DNA from: Aeromicrobium stalagmiti
Lineage (GTDB): Bacteria > Actinomycetota > Actinomycetes > Propionibacteriales > Nocardioidaceae
Assembly (NCBI RefSeq): GCF_013283745.1
Contig: NZ_JABSTZ010000001.1
Location: 428,406-452,405, forward strand
Direction: 5' to 3'
DNA: 24,000 nt
Program-made: the position numbers and the translations under genes
The notes under the pieces: model-generated
What the model saw: only the letters and a program-made list of their open reading frames with translations
Database searches by the model: none
Told to the model about the DNA's origin: nothing
In this document: positions 7,373-15,277 of the stretch, piece by piece
How the letters are laid out: each line of letters starts with the position of its first letter
How positions within the stretch are numbered: the first letter of the stretch is position 1

Positions 7373-9744
7373 CGGCGGTGCCGGGCGATCGGGTTGGCGA
7401 GCGTGCCGGCGAACATCAGCGACGTCGCCTGGTCCGACAGGTCGACCATCTGACGGGTGTCGCGCAGCTGCAGCCGGTTGAGGCAGGAGTGGGCGAACTT
7501 CGGCGCGAACAGGTCGATCCGGGCGAAGGCCTCGGCCAGCTCGGGGTGGTCCGCCTGGTGCTCGGCGATCGTCGCCGCGACCAGAGACCAGAACTCGTCC
7601 GACGCCAGCACGCCGTCCTCCGCCAGGATCGCCGCGAGGAACCGCAGGAAACCGTCGAAGACGTCGGTCAGCACCGACAACGCCTTGACGTCGTCGGGGA
7701 CGTCGGCCCGCACCCGCTCGATCTCCTCGGGCAGCGGCAGGTCGCCCAGCACGGCGATCTCCTCACCGATGTCCTTCATCAGCATCCGCGTGGGCACGTG
7801 CCCGTCGAGCACCATGATCAGGTTCTCCCCGTGCGGCATGAACGCGAGCTCGTAGCGGTGCAGGCAGTGCACGACGGGTCGGACGTAGGCCCGCAGGTAG
7901 CGACGCACCCACTCGCGCGGGTCGAGGCCGGAGGCGCGGACGAGCCCGACGGCGAACGACGCACCGTCGCGGTCGCGGTGCAGCAGCGACGCCATCGTGG
8001 CGAGCCGATCGCCGGGAGCGAGCTGGGCGACGGGGCTCTCGCGCCAGAGCGCCGCGAGCATCTTGGTGTACGGCTGGGGCGCCGCCCCGCTCGCCGGGGT
8101 CGACGTGCCGATCCGGTGGTAGGCGTCGCCGGTGTAGCCGATCGCCGCCCGCTCGCGCAGCACGCCGAAGCCGGTCGACCGCAGCTCGTCGTCGGACGCC
8201 ACGAGGTCGGCGACCCAGTCGTTGATGGCCGGCGTCGCCCGCATGTAGCGCGGCGACAGCCCCCGCATGAAGCCCATGTTCTGGATCGACAGCGCGGTCT
8301 TGACGTAGTGCCGCTCCGGGCGGTCGACGTTGAAGTACGTCCGGATCGACTGCTGCGCCTGGTAGTGGTCGTCACCGCTGCCGAGCAGCACGAGGTCGTG
8401 ACGGGCCACGTCGGGCGCGAACGTGATCGCGATCTTGTGCTCCCACTGCCAGGGATGCACCGGGATGAGCAGGTAGTCCGACGGGTCGAGCCCGAGGCCG
8501 CGCAGCGTCCCCTCGAAGCGTCCACGGGTCGCGGCGTCGATCTCGCCGGCGTAGAGCGCGCGCTCGTCGAGGCCCTCGCCGGTCGACAGGTGCGCGAGCG
8601 TCCGCCGGGCGGCGACCCACACCACCGCGAACGTCTGCCCGGTCTCGGGCGCATACGCCGCGTGGTCGGCGACGGAGAACCCGATCCGCCCGTTGTTGGC
8701 GACGAAGGCCGGGTGGCCCTCGGTCATCGCCGCCTCCACCGCCTGGAAGTCCGCCTGCAGCAGGTCACGGACCGAGGTCGTGGAGTGGACGTCCTTCCAC
8801 GCCGAGCCCGCAAGGGTGCTGCTGATCTCCTCGAGATAGGTCGGCAGCAGGGCCCCGGGGATGCCGAGCACCTCGGCGTGCTCGATGACGAACGCGAGCG
8901 CATCGACCTCCGCCTCCTCGCCGTCGACGACGCGCGAGATCGACCACGGACCGACGACCCAGTGGTCGAGCTCGTAGCGGTGGGCGTGGAACCGGTAGCT
9001 GACGCGGCCGTCGGGCGAGACCAGCTCGTGGTCGGGCCCGACCGGGCGCGGGTCGAGCAGCCGCTCGTGCGCGAACTCGCCGATCGCCTTGGCCACGAGG
9101 AACCGGTGGGCTCGCTGCATCGGCTCGGGCGCGAGGTGACGGGTCAGGTCGCGCAAGCGGTCCCCCTCGTCGTCGACGGCTCGCAGCAGCTCGCTGCCCG
9201 CGAAGTCGTCGCGGGTGCAGACGCTCAGCGCGGCGACCTTGTCGGTCAGCTGCACCCGGCCGAGCACCCGGAACCCCGCCGCCGCGTTGAGCGCAGCGAT
9301 GCGGTCGTTGCGGACGTCCGGCTCCACGACGACGCGCATCCGCCGCGGGTCGTCGAGGCACAGCTCCATGACGGTGCGGAACACCGCGGACGTGAAGCCG
9401 GTCCGCGGCGAGTCCGTGGGCGCGACGAGCACGTGCATGCCGATGTCGCCCGGCTGCCAGTCGTACGTCCCGGCGAGCTCGCTGTGCTCGGGGTCGTAGG
9501 TCTCGGCCAGGAAGGCCGGCTCCCCGTCGACCCGGCCGAGCCACGCCTCGTGGTGCGGGTCGGCACCGATCTCGGCGTACGCCGCGCAGACGTCGTCCAC
9601 CGAGGCGCCCTGCATCCCCCAGAACACCGATCGGGGGTGGGTGATCCAGGCGTGGAGCAGGTCGCCGTCACGGTCGAGGTCGACCGGCTCGATCGTGATG
9701 CACCCGACCGCGGTGTCGCGCGACAGCAGGACCCCCGCGCTCAT
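7369..9744 (-). CDS. Bifunctional N-hydroxydiamine acyltransferase :: IucA/IucC-family NIS siderophore synthetase (DesC-DesD-type fusion)
   Basis: 791 aa from the internal ATG at 9744 (MSAGVLLSRD...) of track ORF 7369..10164. The N-terminal roughly 190 aa form an Acetyltransf_8-type domain (LLHAWITHPRSVFWGM, VVEPDVRNDR). The rest is IucA/IucC (VHPWQWEH, QSIRTYFNV, MPHGENLIMVL) with an FhuF-like C-terminus. The ATG overlaps the monooxygenase stop (ATGA at 9741-9744). Confidence 0.9.
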   Translation of the reverse strand: MSAGVLLSRDTAVGCITIEPVDLDRDGDLLHAWITHPRSVFWGMQGASVDDVCAAYAEIGADPHHEAWLGRVDGEPAFLAETYDPEHSELAGTYDWQPGDIGMHVLVAPTDSPRTGFTSAVFRTVMELCLDDPRRMRVVVEPDVRNDRIAALNAAAGFRVLGRVQLTDKVAALSVCTRDDFAGSELLRAVDDEGDRLRDLTRHLAPEPMQRAHRFLVAKAIGEFAHERLLDPRPVGPDHELVSPDGRVSYRFHAHRYELDHWVVGPWSISRVVDGEEAEVDALAFVIEHAEVLGIPGALLPTYLEEISSTLAGSAWKDVHSTTSVRDLLQADFQAVEAAMTEGHPAFVANNGRIGFSVADHAAYAPETGQTFAVVWVAARRTLAHLSTGEGLDERALYAGEIDAATRGRFEGTLRGLGLDPSDYLLIPVHPWQWEHKIAITFAPDVARHDLVLLGSGDDHYQAQQSIRTYFNVDRPERHYVKTALSIQNMGFMRGLSPRYMRATPAINDWVADLVASDDELRSTGFGVLRERAAIGYTGDAYHRIGTSTPASGAAPQPYTKMLAALWRESPVAQLAPGDRLATMASLLHRDRDGASFAVGLVRASGLDPREWVRRYLRAYVRPVVHCLHRYELAFMPHGENLIMVLDGHVPTRMLMKDIGEEIAVLGDLPLPEEIERVRADVPDDVKALSVLTDVFDGFLRFLAAILAEDGVLASDEFWSLVAATIAEHQADHPELAEAFARIDLFAPKFAHSCLNRLQLRDTRQMVDLSDQATSLMFAGTLANPIARHRR

Positions 9745-11066
9745 GCGCCGACCTCCATCCGCAGGCGCGCCCCGGGATGCCGGGCGAGGTCCGTCGGCAC
9801 ACCGAACTCCTGGAAGGCGATGTGCTCCTCGACGGGGTAGACCTCCCGACCACACATCTGCCGGATGATGATCGAGCTGCGGTAGGCGCCCATCCCGAGG
9901 TCGGGGGCGATCAGCCCGTGGGTGTGCTCCTCGGCGTTCTGCACGAAGATCTCCTGGTCGGTGTGGTCGATCGTGTAGCCGGCGGCCACGTCGTAACGGC
10001 CCCGGTCGTCCCAGCGGATGCGGTCGGCGATGCCCTCCACGAAGGCGGGCACCTGCGGGCGGTAGCCCGTCGCGAGGACGAGCCCCTCGGTCTGCAGGTC
10101 GAGGGGCTCGTCCAGCTCGGTGTGGCGCAGCTCGAGCGCGTAGCGCCCGGCGGCGGCGTCCCACGACGCACCGCCGAGCTCGGTGTGGGTCAGCAGACGG
10201 GTGGGGACGTCACCGTGCACGCGCTTGCGGTAGAGCGTGTCGAAGATGGCGTCGACGAGATCGCCGCTGATGCCCTTGTAGAGGCCCTTCTGGTCTCGCA
10301 GCAGCCGGTCACGGGTGCCGGCGGGGAGCGCCTGGAAGTAGCGGGTGTACTCCGGTGACGTCATCTCCAGCGTGAGCTTGGTGTACTCCATCGGGAAGAA
10401 CCGCGGCGACCGCGTCGCCCACACCAGCTCGTAGCCGAACGTGTCGATGTCCTCGAGCAGGTCGAGATAGATCTCGGCGGCACTCTGGCCGCTGCCGACG
10501 ACCGTGATCGACGCCGTGGCCTGCAGGGCCGCCTTGTGGGTGAGGTAGTCGGCGGAGTGGATCATCGGCCCGTCGACGCCCTCCACCACCGACGGCACGT
10601 GCGGCCGGGTGCCGGTGCCGAGCACCAGGCGCCTCGCCCGGTAGGTCTCGGTGCCGCCCGAGCGCAGACGCGCGGTGAGCACGTACGCCTCGCCGTCGTG
10701 CTCGACCCGGTCGACGTGGCGTCCGAAGCGGACGCCCTCGACCTGCGACGCGGCCCAGCGGCAGTAGGCGTCGTACTCGGCCCGGAGCGGGTAGAAGCTC
10801 TCGCGGATGTAGAACGGGTAGAGCCGTCCGGTCTGCTTGAGGTAGTTGAGGAACGAGTAGCGCGACGTCGGGTCGGCCATCGTCACCAGGTCGGCCATGA
10901 ACGGGACCTGGAGCGTGGCGTCCTGCAGCATCATCCCGGGGTGCCAGCTGAAGTCGTCGCGTGACTCCAGGACGATGCCGTCGAGGCCGTCGACGGGCTC
11001 GGCCAGGCAGGCGAGGCCCAGGTTGAACGGGCCGAGGCCGATCGCGGCGAAGTCGTGGGTGCGCAT
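9741..11066 (-). CDS. desB: Lysine/ornithine/alkyl-diamine N-hydroxylase (IucD/DesB/AlcA flavin monooxygenase family)
   Basis: 441 aa from the internal ATG at 11066 (MRTHDFAAIGLGPFNLGLA...). Motifs are the FAD motif GLGPFNLGLA, the NADPH motif VVGSGQSAAE, and LVLATGY. The start overlaps the decarboxylase stop (TGATG). The symbol is by analogy only. Confidence 0.9.
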   Translation of the reverse strand: MRTHDFAAIGLGPFNLGLACLAEPVDGLDGIVLESRDDFSWHPGMMLQDATLQVPFMADLVTMADPTSRYSFLNYLKQTGRLYPFYIRESFYPLRAEYDAYCRWAASQVEGVRFGRHVDRVEHDGEAYVLTARLRSGGTETYRARRLVLGTGTRPHVPSVVEGVDGPMIHSADYLTHKAALQATASITVVGSGQSAAEIYLDLLEDIDTFGYELVWATRSPRFFPMEYTKLTLEMTSPEYTRYFQALPAGTRDRLLRDQKGLYKGISGDLVDAIFDTLYRKRVHGDVPTRLLTHTELGGASWDAAAGRYALELRHTELDEPLDLQTEGLVLATGYRPQVPAFVEGIADRIRWDDRGRYDVAAGYTIDHTDQEIFVQNAEEHTHGLIAPDLGMGAYRSSIIIRQMCGREVYPVEEHIAFQEFGVPTDLARHPGARLRMEVGA

Positions 11067-12535
11067 CAGTGAACCTCCTCCGGCGCGTAGAGGTCGTCGA
11101 GGAGCTCGTGCCCGATCGAGCGGACGAGGTCGAGCACCGCCCGCAGGTCGTCCGTCGTCGTGGCGGGGTTGAGCATCGTCAGCTTGAGCCACGACCGGCC
11201 CTCGACCTTGGTGCCGGCGATCACGGCGGAGCCACTGCCGGCGATCGTCCGCCGGATGCCCGGGTTGACCTCGTCGGCCACCGACTCCGGCACCCCGTCC
11301 GGGCGGAAGCGGAAGACCAGGGTGCTCAGCGTCGGCGCGGTGACGACCTCGAGGTCGGCGTCGTCCCGCAGCAGCTCGTAGCCCGCCTGGGCGAGGTCGA
11401 CCACGGCGTCGACGTACTCGCCGATCGCGTCGGCTCCCATGGTGCGGAGCGTCAGCCAGAGCTTGAGGGCGTCGAAGCGCCGGGTCGTCTGCAGGCTCTT
11501 GTCGACCTGGTTGGGCTGGGCCGAGGAGCGCGGGTTGAGGTAGTCCGCGTGGTACGTGACGTGCCGCAGGTCGGCCCCGTCGCGGAAGATCACCGCGCTG
11601 GAGCTGACCGGCTGGAAGAACGTCTTGTGGAAGTCGACCGTGACGGAGTCGGCGCGCTCGATGCCGGCCAGCAGGTGGCGGCGGCGCGGCGAGACCAGCA
11701 GTCCTCCGCCGTACGCGGCGTCGACGTGCATCCAGACGCCGCTCTCGGCGCACACGTCGGCGATGCGCTCGAGCGGGTCGATGCTGCCGAAGTCGGTGGT
11801 TCCGGCGGTCGCGACGACGGCCATCGGGATGAGGCCGGCGGCGCGGGTGTCGCGCAGTGCCTGCTCGAGGGCCCACGGGTCCATCCGGCGGCGCCCGTCG
11901 GTCGGGATCGTCACCACGGCGTCCATGCCGAGCCCGAGGATGTTCGCGGACTTCTGGACGCTGAAGTGGCTGTCGCGCGAGGCGAAGATCCGGAACCTGG
12001 CAGCGGTGTGGGCCAGCGGCTCGGCCGGGTCGGCGTCACCTGCGAGATAGGCCTGGCCACGGGCGACCAGGAGCGCCTGCAGGTTGGACTGCGTGCCGCC
12101 GCTGGTGAAGACGCCGTCCCCGGCGGCGTCGAAGCCGATCCGCGCGGCGGTCCAACCGACGAGCCGACGCTCGATCTGCGTGCCGCCGGCGCTCTGGTCC
12201 CACGTGTCGAGCGAGGAGTTGACCGACGACACCAGCACCTCGGCGACCAGCGCCGGGATGACGACGGGGCAGTTGAGGTGCGCGAGGTAGCGCGGCTCGT
12301 GGAACCACACGGCGTCATCGAGGTAGACGTCCTTGACCTCGGCCAGCGCCTGGCCCATGTCGGCGAGAGGACGGTCGAGATCGATGTCGTCGACCCGCGA
12401 GACCACCTCGGCCACGCCGGCGCCGGTCCACGGCCCGGTGACGGTGGCGACGTGGTCGGCCACGGCCGTGACGCCTCGGGTCATCTCGTCGCGATAGCGT
12501 TCGATGTTGTCGGCGTTGAACAGGTGCTGTCGCAC
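11066..12535 (-). CDS. desA: Group II PLP-dependent decarboxylase (lysine / 2,4-diaminobutyrate decarboxylase type, DesA-like)
   Basis: 489 aa. GTG start at 12535 sits 8 nt after GAAGGA. The PLP-lysine block is SVTVDFHKTFFQP. It is the first gene of the operon. Substrate (Lys vs DABA vs Orn) cannot be called by eye, and the symbol is by analogy only. Confidence 0.9.
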   Translation of the reverse strand: MRQHLFNADNIERYRDEMTRGVTAVADHVATVTGPWTGAGVAEVVSRVDDIDLDRPLADMGQALAEVKDVYLDDAVWFHEPRYLAHLNCPVVIPALVAEVLVSSVNSSLDTWDQSAGGTQIERRLVGWTAARIGFDAAGDGVFTSGGTQSNLQALLVARGQAYLAGDADPAEPLAHTAARFRIFASRDSHFSVQKSANILGLGMDAVVTIPTDGRRRMDPWALEQALRDTRAAGLIPMAVVATAGTTDFGSIDPLERIADVCAESGVWMHVDAAYGGGLLVSPRRRHLLAGIERADSVTVDFHKTFFQPVSSSAVIFRDGADLRHVTYHADYLNPRSSAQPNQVDKSLQTTRRFDALKLWLTLRTMGADAIGEYVDAVVDLAQAGYELLRDDADLEVVTAPTLSTLVFRFRPDGVPESVADEVNPGIRRTIAGSGSAVIAGTKVEGRSWLKLTMLNPATTTDDLRAVLDLVRSIGHELLDDLYAPEEVH

Positions 12536-12562
12536 GCGGTGGTTCCTTCCCCCGAAGATTGC

Positions 12563-12581
12563 TTAGGACAGGCTTACCTAA
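12563..12581. promoter_or_regulatory. IdeR/DmdR-type iron box upstream of the siderophore operon
   Basis: TTAGGACAGGCTTACCTAA matches the actinobacterial iron-box consensus TTAGGTTAGGCTAACCTAA at 16 of 19 positions. Perfect 8-bp outer arms TGCTTAGG / CCTAAGCA span 12560-12584. The site ends 27 nt upstream of the GTG at 12535. Confidence 0.7.
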
Positions 12582-12606
12582 GCAGATCGACGACGGATGC
12601 GACAAC

Positions 12607-12640
12607 CGGGTGGGAGATGCCTCACACCACCTCCCACCCG
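12607..12640 (-). terminator. GC-rich hairpin downstream of the AKR gene (candidate factor-independent terminator without a U-tract)
   Basis: Perfect 10-bp stem CGGGTGGGAG / CTCCCACCCG with a 14-nt loop. It begins 17 nt after the AKR stop (12658) and precedes the iron box and promoter of the next operon on the same strand. Confidence 0.45.
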
Positions 12641-12657
12641 CGACGGACGTGACCCGC

Positions 12658-13662
12658 CTACTTCTCGCTGTCGAGCATCGCCATCTGGTCCTCGGCGTAG
12701 CGGGTGCCGGCGACCCGGTCGGCCGGCATCGCCTGCTCGATCGCGGCGAGCTGGTCGGCGGTGAGGGTCACGTCCACCGCACCGAGGCTCTCCGCCAGGC
12801 GCTCGCGCGTGCGGGCACCCACCAGCGGCACGATGTCGTCGCCGCGCGACGCGACCCACGCGATGGCCGCCTGGGCCACCGTGACGCCGGCCTCGGCCGC
12901 GATGCCGCGCAGCGCCTCGACGAGCGCGAGGTTGGCGTCGAGGTTGTCGCCCTGGAATCGGGGCGTGTGCGCCCGGAAGTCACCGGCGCCGGTCTTGGCG
13001 GGGTCGTAGTGCCCGCTGATCAGCCCGCGGGACAGGACGCCGTATGCCGTGATGCCGATCCCGAGCTCGCGGCACGTGTCGAGGATGTCGCCCTCGACGC
13101 CCCGCGAGATCAGCGAGTACTCGATCTGCAGGTCGCTGATGGGGTGCACCGCGTGCGCCCGGCGGATCGTCTCGGCGCCGACCTCGGAAAGGCCGATGTG
13201 TCGGACGTGCCCGGCCTCGACCAGCTCGGCGATCGCCCCGACGGTCTCCTCGATCGGGACGCGAGGGTCGAGCCGGGCGGGGCGGTAGACGTCGACGTGG
13301 TCGGTGCCGAGGCGTTGCAGCGAGTAGGCCAGCCACGTCTTGGTGGCGGCCGGGCTGGCGTCGAACCCGAACCAGGAGCCGTCGGGGCCGCGCAGCGCGC
13401 CGTACTTGACGCTGATCTGGACCGCGTCGCGGTCGACGCCCCGCAGCGCCTCGCTCAGGAGCAGCTCGTTGTGCCCCATGGCGTAGAAGTCGCCGGTGTC
13501 GAGCAGCGTGATGCCGGCGTCGAGCGCGGCGTGGATCGTGGCGATGCTCTCGTCACGGTCCGCCGGGCCGTACAGGGCTGACATGCCCATCAGGCCGAGG
13601 CCGATCGGCGGGGTGGCACCCAGGGTGCCGAGGGTCTTGGTCGTCCGTGTCTGTGTGGTCAT
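12658..13662 (-). CDS. Aldo/keto reductase (copy 1; catalytic His position is Ala)
   Basis: AKR fold motifs LLDTGDFY, ISVKYG, PIEETVGAIAELVEAGHVRHIGLSE, and the C-terminal GARTRERLAESL. I prefer the ATG at 13662 (GGAGAC immediately upstream) over the track start at 13710, but the start is uncertain. Confidence 0.85.
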   Translation of the reverse strand: MTTQTRTTKTLGTLGATPPIGLGLMGMSALYGPADRDESIATIHAALDAGITLLDTGDFYAMGHNELLLSEALRGVDRDAVQISVKYGALRGPDGSWFGFDASPAATKTWLAYSLQRLGTDHVDVYRPARLDPRVPIEETVGAIAELVEAGHVRHIGLSEVGAETIRRAHAVHPISDLQIEYSLISRGVEGDILDTCRELGIGITAYGVLSRGLISGHYDPAKTGAGDFRAHTPRFQGDNLDANLALVEALRGIAAEAGVTVAQAAIAWVASRGDDIVPLVGARTRERLAESLGAVDVTLTADQLAAIEQAMPADRVAGTRYAEDQMAMLDSEK

Positions 13663-13763
13663 GTCTCCACCGTGCGTCCGCTGCGACACCGGCGAAAGAG
13701 GAGCGTTCAACCACGGACTGCCGGTCCCTGTTTACGCGCTGCACACCGCGTCATGATGGACGC

Positions 13764-14603
13764 ATGGAACGCGAAGCACTGGCCGACTTCCTCGTCCGCC
13801 GCCGGGACGCCCTGCAGCCGGCCGACGTCGGCCTGACCCCGGGCACCCGCCGCCGCGCTCCGGGGCTCCGCCGCGAGGAGGTCGCGCAGCTCACCGGCAT
13901 GTCGGTCGACTACTACGCCCGCCTCGAGCAGGGCCGCAGCCCGCAGCCCTCGACCCAGATGCTGCGCGCCCTCGCCCGGACGCTGCGTCTCAGCCGCGAC
14001 GAGAGCGACCACCTGCACCGGCTCGCCGGGCACCCGGCGCCCGACCGCGTCGGGGTGTCGACGCACGTCCGCCCCGTCATCCTGCACGTGCTGGACCAGC
14101 TCGATGACTGCGTCGCGTTCGTCTGCTCCGACACCGACGTCGTCCTGGCCCAGAACCGTCTCTCGCTGGTCCTCCAGGGGGACCACCGCGGACGGACCGG
14201 GGTCGAGGCGAGCTCGACGTACGAGTGGTTCACCCAGCCCGGCGCCCAGGACCGGATCGTCGCCGAGGACCGGCCCGAGCACAGCCGTGTGCGGGTCGCC
14301 GACCTGCGGGCGACGTGGTCGCGCCGCCACCAGGACACCGACATCACCGAGCTGGTCGACCGGCTGCTCGCCGAGAGCCCGGAGTTCGCCGAGATCTGGG
14401 CGCGCCACGAGGTCGGCGTCAAGCACCTGCAGACCAAGCGCTTCGACCACCCGCAGCTCGGCGTCCTCGAGGTCGACTGCGAGACCATGGCGACCGGCGA
14501 GGACGGTCAGCGCCTCGTCATCCTCGGCGCCGCGCCCGGCACCGAGGCCCACGGCAAGCTCCGCCTGCTCGGCGTCCTGGGCGAGCAGAGCCTCGAGGTC
14601 TGA
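13764..14603 (+). CDS. MmyB-like XRE-family HTH transcriptional regulator
   Basis: 279 aa from the internal ATG at 13764 (MEREALADFLVRRR...). The HTH is GLRREEVAQLTGMSVDYYARLEQGR. The C-terminal roughly 170 aa resemble the MmyB-type ligand-binding domain. It is divergent from an AKR gene, a common pairing. Confidence 0.8.
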   Translation: MEREALADFLVRRRDALQPADVGLTPGTRRRAPGLRREEVAQLTGMSVDYYARLEQGRSPQPSTQMLRALARTLRLSRDESDHLHRLAGHPAPDRVGVSTHVRPVILHVLDQLDDCVAFVCSDTDVVLAQNRLSLVLQGDHRGRTGVEASSTYEWFTQPGAQDRIVAEDRPEHSRVRVADLRATWSRRHQDTDITELVDRLLAESPEFAEIWARHEVGVKHLQTKRFDHPQLGVLEVDCETMATGEDGQRLVILGAAPGTEAHGKLRLLGVLGEQSLEV

Positions 14604-14634
14604 CCCCGCCGCGCCTCCCCCGTAGGCTCGTCGG

Positions 14635-15267
14635 GTGACCTTCGACGGATTCCCCGAGGCAGCGCTCGACTTCTACGACGACCTCGAGATGGACAACACC
14701 AAGACGTTCTGGGAAGCCCACAAGGAGACCTACACGACGGCCGTCGCGACGCCGATGAAGGCGTTGACGTCCGCGCTGACCGACGAGTTCGGCGAAGCCA
14801 AGATCTTCCGCCCCTACCGCGACGTGCGGTTCGCCAAGGACAAGACGCCCTACAAGACCCACCAGGGCGCGTTCGTCGCGAAGGGGCCGTCGACGGGCTA
14901 CTACGTGCAGATCGGGGCACCCGGGGTGCGGGTCGGCGCCGGCTTCTACGAGGCCTCGGCGGCCCGGCTCGCCAGCATCCGCGAGGCGATCGTCGAGAAG
15001 CGCCGCGGCGGTGAGCTCGAGGAGATCCTCGCGCAGCTCACCGCCGCGGGCTGGGAGGTCGGCGGCCAGCGGCTCAAGACCGCGCCGCGCGGCTACGACG
15101 TCGACCACCCCCGCATCGAGCTGCTGCGCCACAAGTCGATGACCCTCGGGCGGTCGTACGGGTTCGAGCCGTTCATCCACACCCCCGAGCTGCTCGACCG
15201 GGTGCGCCTCGACTGGCGCGCCGTCACCCCGCTGGTCGACTGGGTCCTGCGCTACGCCAAGGGCTGA
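14635..15267 (+). CDS. DUF2461 (TIGR02453) family protein
   Basis: 210 aa with a GTG start. Hallmarks are FFxDLxxNNxKxWF-like FYDDLEMDNTKTFWEAH and FRPYRDVRFAKDKTPYKTH. Confidence 0.8.
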   Translation: MTFDGFPEAALDFYDDLEMDNTKTFWEAHKETYTTAVATPMKALTSALTDEFGEAKIFRPYRDVRFAKDKTPYKTHQGAFVAKGPSTGYYVQIGAPGVRVGAGFYEASAARLASIREAIVEKRRGGELEEILAQLTAAGWEVGGQRLKTAPRGYDVDHPRIELLRHKSMTLGRSYGFEPFIHTPELLDRVRLDWRAVTPLVDWVLRYAKG

Positions 15268-15277
15268 GTCTGCCGGG

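Noticed and set aside
7378-9840. 820-aa plus-strand ORF antisense to the acyltransferase-NIS synthetase gene
   Set aside because: It is a GC-shadow ORF with low-complexity R/G/V/D composition, and the opposite strand encodes a clearly recognisable IucA/IucC protein.
9745-10164. N-terminal 140-codon extension making the NIS ORF 931 aa
   Set aside because: It overlaps the 3' part of the monooxygenase gene and is Arg/Pro-rich. The conserved acyltransferase domain begins right after the ATG at 9744, which is coupled to the upstream stop.
11067-11876. N-terminal 270-codon extension making the monooxygenase ORF 711 aa
   Set aside because: It overlaps the decarboxylase gene and has a nonsense R/P/G composition. 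The FAD motif GLGPFNLG sits a few residues after the ATG at 11066.
1-12584. Functional link between the T7SS genes and the siderophore operon (ESX-3-like iron-acquisition coupling)
   Set aside because: The two blocks are separated by oppositely oriented, unrelated PAP2 and qor-like genes. No iron box is visible near the T7SS genes within this window. Proximity alone is not evidence.
11069-12652. 527-aa plus-strand ORF antisense to the decarboxylase gene
   Set aside because: It is a shadow frame. It would also run across the iron box and promoter region.
13707-14552. 281-aa minus-strand ORF antisense to the MmyB-like regulator
   Set aside because: It is a shadow frame with no motifs. The plus-strand frame has a clear HTH.
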